DNA from: Gammaproteobacteria bacterium
GTDB taxonomy: Bacteria > Pseudomonadota > Gammaproteobacteria > CAKMZV01
Assembly (NCBI GenBank): GCA_965277625.1
Contig: OZ255827.1
Span: forward strand, 1,717,057 to 1,781,056
Direction of reading: 5' to 3'
Length of the DNA: 64,000 nucleotides
The notes beneath the pieces are model-generated. The model made no database searches. It was not told the origin of the DNA and saw only the letters and a program-made list of their open reading frames with translations. Shown one piece after another: positions 58,573-64,000 of this stretch. The position numbers and the translations under genes were made by a program. Position 1 is the stretch's first letter; every line of letters begins with the position of its first letter.

Positions 58573-59651
58573 TATTTGGGGAAATAATAGCAACTCAAAG
58601 TTGCTTCTAATTGTTCCATTTTTTTCATCGTACCTAAGGTGATGCGGACGAAATCCGAAAAGCCTTCAATGTGCTTAAAATCCCTAATAAAAACGTTTTG
58701 GGCGTTTAAAAGCGTGATCAATTGATCTTTATTGCCTTGAATAACTTTAATGAATACAAAATTGCCATGTCCAGCATAAATTTGCAGTTTGTCTTTATAC
58801 TTACCTTGGATGCACTTGATTAAAAAACTTTTTGATTGATCGATCTTTTCAACGTATTCATTCATGTAATCGATGTCTTTCAACGCTGCTAATGCCGCTA
58901 CTTGAGCCGGCATACTGACGCTCTTCGCGTTTCGCACTAAATTGATTTTTTTAATGTTCTCACTGTCTGATAAAACATATCCCATACGAAGTGATGCAAG
59001 ACCGAATGCTTTTGAAAATGTCCTGGTAATGATTAGATTTTTATATTTTTTAATAAGCTCTGACGCACTGTTCTTGCCAAATTCATAATATGCCTCATCA
59101 ACAAGATAATGACAGTGGGGGGTTGCTTTTAATAGCATTTCGATGTCCTTGACAGAAACCATCATACCTGTGGGATTGTTCGGATTACAAAGATACACCA
59201 TCGACGCTTTAACCGAATGTACTCGGTCAATTAAAGATTGTATATTAAGGTTTTCCCACGGTTCACTAACGTTAAAAAAGTCTATTTTCAAATCATTGCT
59301 CTCGACCACAATACGAAAATTGTCATACGTTGGTCCGACCATAATAACCGCATCACCACTTTGGCACATGACCTTGACTATATACTCATGGGCACCATCT
59401 GATCCGTTAAAATATTGTACGCATTGAACATTAATCGAAGCATAGATTGATAACTGTTTTAACAGTTCATCATTATTCGCATCAGGGTACCAATTCAGCG
59501 GATAATGACTAATAAAATCAATCAAACTTTCTTTGACTCGGGGTGAAGGGCTAATGTCCGATTCATTCCAATCAAGTTTTGCAACACTCGACTTATCTTG
59601 AATTTCCCATGCCTTGTGTGAAGTAAGAGAGTAGGGTTTAAATGGATTCAT
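58572..59651 (-). CDS. Class I/II PLP-dependent enzyme of the HisC/CobD family (aminotransferase or phospho-amino-acid decarboxylase)
   Basis: 359 aa with LCNPNNPTG and the PLP-lysine region RTFSKAFGLASLRMGY. It sits inside the sugar locus, not next to the his genes. Confidence 0.75.
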   Translation of the reverse strand: MNPFKPYSLTSHKAWEIQDKSSVAKLDWNESDISPSPRVKESLIDFISHYPLNWYPDANNDELLKQLSIYASINVQCVQYFNGSDGAHEYIVKVMCQSGDAVIMVGPTYDNFRIVVESNDLKIDFFNVSEPWENLNIQSLIDRVHSVKASMVYLCNPNNPTGMMVSVKDIEMLLKATPHCHYLVDEAYYEFGKNSASELIKKYKNLIITRTFSKAFGLASLRMGYVLSDSENIKKINLVRNAKSVSMPAQVAALAALKDIDYMNEYVEKIDQSKSFLIKCIQGKYKDKLQIYAGHGNFVFIKVIQGNKDQLITLLNAQNVFIRDFKHIEGFSDFVRITLGTMKKMEQLEATLSCYYFPK

Positions 59652-59877
59652 AACACAATCTACTTATTATTTGAATTTCTGGTTGATTAAACAGTCATTG
59701 ATGATCAAATATTTTCATCCACAACTAACGAGGGCATCACAAGCGTCCAATCTACCCGTTTTTCGGTCGTAACAAAGCCGTGCATTATAAATGGAGAAAT
59801 ACTGTCAGATAAACTTTCTATTCGGGTGTTTTTAAATAACGGCCAATGTACATAAAATCAGGTGTCATGGTATCTAT

Positions 59878-60912
59878 TCAATGCTCTAAATTTATACCAT
59901 AATAGCGACAATACCAATGAACAAACTGCTCGATGCCATAGTCTATGGACGTTGATGGTCTGTAGCCAACTGCATTTTCTAAGGCCGAACAATCAGCGCT
60001 GGTTGCATGTACATCGCCTTTTTGCATGGGCAAGAGGTTGCGGATGGCAATTTTACCGACTTTCTCCTCTATTGTTTTAATATAAACATCTAACTTAACT
60101 GGGTTGTTATTCCCAATATTATAAATTCTAAAAGGCGCGTTACTGCTAGAGGGGTCCGGATTGTTGCTGTCCCAATCAGCATTGGGTTGGGCAGGCTGAT
60201 TGCTGGCTCTTATAACGCCCTCTGTGATATCATCGATATAGGTGAAATCTCTTAGGTGATCACCATTATTGAACACATCAATCGGCTTTTCTTCTATGAT
60301 GTTTTTGGTGAACTTAAATAAGGCCATATCCGGTCGACCCCAAGGCCCGTAAACTGTGAAAAATCTCAATCCTGTTGTCGGCAAAGCATAGAGATGGCTG
60401 TAACTGTGCGCCATCACTTCATTAGATATTTTGGATGCCGCATAGAGTTGCAGGGGGTGGTTAACACTATGGTGTTCACTAAACGGCATGGTCGTGTTTG
60501 CGCCATACACACTGCTTGAGCTCGCATAAGTTAAATGGGCAATGCCATTTTGACGACAAGCCTCTAAGACATTCAAAAAACCAACAACGTTACTTTCAAT
60601 GTACGAACGGGGATTTATTAGAGAGTATCGCACGCCTGCTTGAGCGGCCAAGTGGATAACTTTTTTAATTTTATGTTCAGCAAAACATCGATCAACCGCT
60701 GCATGATCGGCAAGATTTGATTGGTCGAAGAAAAACGCTTTTTGGTGTTTTTGCGCAAATTCGGATAAATCTTTGATACGATCTTGTTTGAGTTTTACAT
60801 CGTAGTAATCATTCAAAACATCCAAACCGACAACCGTTTCACCTCTCTCTAATAATTGTTTGGCAACATGATAGCCAATAAAGCCTGCAGCGCCTGTCAC
60901 TAAGATGGTCAT
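59878..60912 (-). CDS. NAD-dependent nucleotide-sugar epimerase, UDP-glucuronate 4-epimerase-like
   Basis: 344 aa with [25 protein letters not shown] and the YAASK catalytic motif. It is adjacent to ugd. Confidence 0.75.
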   Translation of the reverse strand: MTILVTGAAGFIGYHVAKQLLERGETVVGLDVLNDYYDVKLKQDRIKDLSEFAQKHQKAFFFDQSNLADHAAVDRCFAEHKIKKVIHLAAQAGVRYSLINPRSYIESNVVGFLNVLEACRQNGIAHLTYASSSSVYGANTTMPFSEHHSVNHPLQLYAASKISNEVMAHSYSHLYALPTTGLRFFTVYGPWGRPDMALFKFTKNIIEEKPIDVFNNGDHLRDFTYIDDITEGVIRASNQPAQPNADWDSNNPDPSSSNAPFRIYNIGNNNPVKLDVYIKTIEEKVGKIAIRNLLPMQKGDVHATSADCSALENAVGYRPSTSIDYGIEQFVHWYCRYYGINLEH

Positions 60913-60975
60913 GTTTTTATTTTGTTTTCGATTAGGGGTTTAACTTTAAGATGATTAAGTAATGTGATAAATGGA

Positions 60976-62142
60976 TCAACTTTCACCAAATAAATCTCGA
61001 GTATAGACTTTATCCATAACATCTTTGATTTCATCAGAAAGGCGATTACAAATAATCACATCTGATTGTTTTTTAAAATCATCCAATGATGTGATCACTT
61101 TGGAATTGAAAAATTCGCTTTCTTGCAAAGTGGGTTCATACACAATTACCTCTATGCCTTTGGCTTTAATGCGTTTCATAATGCCTTGAATGGCAGATGC
61201 GCGGAAATTATCAGAATTTTGTTTCATCACCAAACGGTAAATGCCAACCTTTTGGGGATTTCTCTTCAGAATTTGATCCGCAATGAATTGCTTACGAGTT
61301 TGGTTCGCTGCAACAATGGCATCGATGAGGTTATTGGGAACATCGCTATAATTTGCCATCAGTTGTTTGGTATCCTTTGGCAAACAATAGCCACCGTATC
61401 CAAAAGATGGATTATTGTAGCCTGCACCTATGCGCGAATCTAAGCAAACCCCCTTAATGATTTCACGTGTTTTCAAATCATGGACTTCACAAAAACTATC
61501 TAACTCATTGAAATATGCGACGCGCATGGCAAGATAGGTATTAGAAAACAGCTTAATCGCTTCTGCTTCTGTTGAATCGGTATATAAAATGTCAATGTCT
61601 TTTTTTATGGCACCTTGCACCAGTAATTGTGCAAATTGCTCAGCGCGTTCAGATTTTTCTCCAATGATGATTCTCGAAGGGTATAAATTATCTTGCAAAG
61701 CATGCCCTTCTCGCAAAAACTCGGGTGAGAAAATAATATTTTCACTGTTAAACTGCGCCCTGACTTTTCGTACATAGCCCACAGGAACCGTTGATTTTAT
61801 GACAATCACTGCTTTGGGATTGATTGCCTGAGTGGCTTGAATGGTGGTTTCAATGGATTGGGTATTAAAATAATTCTCGACAGGGTCATAATCTGTTGGC
61901 GTAGCAATGACCACAAAAGTAGCGCCAGTCAATGCCTCTACAGAGTCTAAGGTGGCTTTGAAGGTCAAAGATTTTTCCTTTAAAAATCGTTCAACTTCTG
62001 CATCAACAATTGGACTTTCGCCGCGATTCAGCTGGTCTATTTTCTCAGGGTCAATATCAAGGGCCACAACTTCATTATGCTGAGCCAATATCATCGACAT
62101 GGACAATCCGACATAGCCCGTCCCAACCACTGCTATTTTCAT
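60976..62142 (-). CDS. ugd: UDP-glucose 6-dehydrogenase
   Basis: 388 aa with [23 protein letters not shown] and the catalytic-Cys region [11 protein letters not shown]. Confidence 0.9.
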   Translation of the reverse strand: MKIAVVGTGYVGLSMSMILAQHNEVVALDIDPEKIDQLNRGESPIVDAEVERFLKEKSLTFKATLDSVEALTGATFVVIATPTDYDPVENYFNTQSIETTIQATQAINPKAVIVIKSTVPVGYVRKVRAQFNSENIIFSPEFLREGHALQDNLYPSRIIIGEKSERAEQFAQLLVQGAIKKDIDILYTDSTEAEAIKLFSNTYLAMRVAYFNELDSFCEVHDLKTREIIKGVCLDSRIGAGYNNPSFGYGGYCLPKDTKQLMANYSDVPNNLIDAIVAANQTRKQFIADQILKRNPQKVGIYRLVMKQNSDNFRASAIQGIMKRIKAKGIEVIVYEPTLQESEFFNSKVITSLDDFKKQSDVIICNRLSDEIKDVMDKVYTRDLFGES

Positions 62143-62173
62143 CGGTTTACATCCATTAAAAGAATAGAATAAT

Positions 62174-63055
62174 TCAACGATTTACCCACTGTTTATAAGC
62201 CTTGCCAAGCTCTTTATGTTGACAAGCGAAATGGTGACTTGCTTTTAAAAAACCAAGGCGATTACCACAATCATGAACGTCATTTAACGCGCCCCAGCCG
62301 TTTAGACCTTCTTCTCGGCAAAGGCCTTTTAAAGCATCTGTCAATTGAAACTCACCATGTTTATCTTGGCGCACAGTCTGCAAATAATCAAATATGCTCG
62401 CTGGCAACACATAACGCCCGCTTAATGCCCAATTTGATGGCGCTGCTTTTTGAGTAGGTTTTTCAACCACAGTCTTAATTTTATCGCTCATACCTGGTTT
62501 AAATGCCGCCCCTCCGAGATCGGCAATGCCATAATTTTGAACTTCATTATCGGGCACATGTTGGAGCATCACCTGTCCTGTTTGGTTTTTTTCAAAAGCG
62601 GTAATCATCTTTCGCAAATCTTCACCTGTTTGGTCCGCCATAATCACATCGGGCAAAATAACTGCGACATTCGATTGGTGAACGATCGGAGCCGCTTGTA
62701 ATACAGCATGCCCTAAACCCAAAGGTTCATTTTGTAGGACAGTGACAAATTGAACATCTCGGGGGGTGGTTTGTTCTAAACGATTTAACAGGTCATTTTT
62801 GCCTTCTCTGAGCAACTCATTTGACAACTCAGTCATGGGTGAAAAATGCCGTTCAATTCGACCTTGCTTTACTGGATTATCAACAAAAATTATTTGTTTT
62901 ATGCCCGCACAGATGATTTCTTCAACCACATATTGAACCAAGGGTTTATCCACCAATACCAGCAATTCTTTGGGGACAACTTTCGTTGCAGGCAAGAGCC
63001 TTGACCCCAGTCCAGCAACAGGGATGATGGCGATATTTACAGACTGTTGATCCAT
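62174..63055 (-). CDS. galU: UTP--glucose-1-phosphate uridylyltransferase
   Basis: 293 aa with [30 protein letters not shown] and VEKP blocks. Confidence 0.9.
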   Translation of the reverse strand: MDQQSVNIAIIPVAGLGSRLLPATKVVPKELLVLVDKPLVQYVVEEIICAGIKQIIFVDNPVKQGRIERHFSPMTELSNELLREGKNDLLNRLEQTTPRDVQFVTVLQNEPLGLGHAVLQAAPIVHQSNVAVILPDVIMADQTGEDLRKMITAFEKNQTGQVMLQHVPDNEVQNYGIADLGGAAFKPGMSDKIKTVVEKPTQKAAPSNWALSGRYVLPASIFDYLQTVRQDKHGEFQLTDALKGLCREEGLNGWGALNDVHDCGNRLGFLKASHHFACQHKELGKAYKQWVNR

Positions 63056-63194
63056 GTGATTGTTATCGTGTCTAACTATTCGTTATAAAGAGAAGAAGGC
63101 ATTTTCAGTGGGCTGTGTAAATGCCCAACGTCCCCCTCAGCAACTGGGTCAATATTGTATCACTTCCATGGTTAAAAACCCTTCTGAAAAACGA

Positions 63195-64000
63195 TCATGC
63201 CCCTGTGGCCTGAATTAAATTTTTCCAACGTAGGAACGATGCAATGCGCCATTTCATGTCCGTTGTAAGCTGATCTTTGGTTTTGTGGAAGGCGTTTTCG
63301 TCGATAAATGGAATCTCTTTGATATCCTCAAACATTTTTTCATACCAAATATTCAGCTCGGTATTCCACTGCGGTGGTGTGTGAAAACCATTTTTATCTT
63401 TTCTATCCATCACGATTTGTGGAATGACCCCCTGACCTAAAGCTTTTAACATATGCTTGGGTTCAGCATTTTCAACCAGATATGCCTCTGGTAGAGACAG
63501 AGCATATTCAACCAGTGGTGTCGTTAGGAATGGGACCCGACTTTCAATGGATGAACGCATTGAAGCTCGGTCAGAATATCTCAGAAGCCAAATCAATTTT
63601 TGACTTGGCAACTCAGATGCCATTCTGTTTTTAAGCGCATTTTTTCCTTGAAATTGCTGGGGATAAAGCCATTCAATTTTAATATCCAATGTTTTGAGCG
63701 CATCCTGATTGATAAATTTGGGTGTGACAGATTTTTTCATCCATTGCCGACCCATTCTCCAGATACTTGGAGGTGTTTTACTTAGAAAATATTGCATTAA
63801 ACGCAACACAACGTCTTTACTCGATCTACCCGCATATTGCCCAGATGCTTGCAGAAATTTAAAAGCGCTGATTAACTTGCCTTGTTTGAGTAAGCTGAGC
63901 AATCGATACTCAGGGTAGCCCCAGTAACCTGCCCAGCTTTCATCGGCGCCTTGACCTTCTAAAAGCACGGTAATGCCTTGTTTTTTGGCTTCTTTAAAAA
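63195..64000 (-). CDS. Asparagine synthase (glutamine-hydrolysing) family amidotransferase, C-terminal part; 5' end outside the window
   Basis: Track ORF 63195..63968 starts at an internal GTG. The frame stays open to 64000 (...AKKQGITVLLEGQGADE, the synthetase-domain motif). Only the C-terminal portion is visible. Confidence 0.7.
   Translation of the reverse strand, partial: FKEAKKQGITVLLEGQGADESWAGYWGYPEYRLLSLLKQGKLISAFKFLQASGQYAGRSSKDVVLRLMQYFLSKTPPSIWRMGRQWMKKSVTPKFINQDALKTLDIKIEWLYPQQFQGKNALKNRMASELPSQKLIWLLRYSDRASMRSSIESRVPFLTTPLVEYALSLPEAYLVENAEPKHMLKALGQGVIPQIVMDRKDKNGFHTPPQWNTELNIWYEKMFEDIKEIPFIDENAFHKTKDQLTTDMKWRIASFLRWKNLIQATGA

Noticed and set aside
58572-59651. Histidinol-phosphate aminotransferase (hisC) belonging to the nearby his operon.
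   Set aside because: It is 7.7 kb from hisB, separated by eight unrelated genes. It is overlap-coupled to a HAD hydrolase and an ATP-grasp inside a sugar locus. The HisC/CobD family also includes the capsule-modification enzymes, so a hisC label would likely be an over-annotation.
1-64000. Mobile elements, prophage, toxin-antitoxin or known defence systems; tRNA, rRNA, tmRNA and SRP RNA genes.
   Set aside because: I saw no integrase, transposase, phage, nuclease or helicase-type proteins, and no tRNA-like T-arm or 4.5S motifs while reading the spacers. Absence by eye is weak evidence, so tRNAscan, Infernal and defence-finder runs would be needed.

Overview
This looks like a chromosomal, mostly housekeeping window from a moderately AT-rich Gram-negative genome. 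The gene content resembles a gammaproteobacterium (T2SS genes, hemA-prfA, rpmBG-mutM, hisBHAFE, AapJQMP-type transporter), but the taxon is not provable from this window. I can support about 60 CDS. I recognised no rRNA, tRNA, CRISPR array, transposase, integrase or defence genes. gltB (1..4256, minus) is absent from the ORF track only because its stop lies outside the window. Several tracked ORFs have 5' extensions that I trimmed, and rpmG (52 aa) is below the track cutoff. Four regions deserve a second look. (1) 4.6-11.8 kb is a translationally coupled operon: TauABC-like importer, pta, a CobS/CobT-like AAA+/VWA pair, and a TauE/SafE exporter. It has no desulfonating enzyme and no cobN. (2) 50.9-54.6 kb is a three-gene module: an M19 'dipeptidase'-like protein that seems to lack half of the metal ligands, a 555-aa protein I cannot place in any family, and a DUF3726-like protein. 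(3) 54.7-64 kb is a polysaccharide locus. Its ATP-grasp, HAD and HisC-like aminotransferase cassette, next to ugd, a uronate epimerase and galU, predicts an amino-alcohol-amidated uronic acid, as in the Campylobacter jejuni HS:2 capsule. (4) 29.8-31.7 kb has coaC and coaB as separate genes, chained by GTGA overlaps to an unassigned Rossmann-fold protein. All family calls come from reading the translations by eye. No searches were run.
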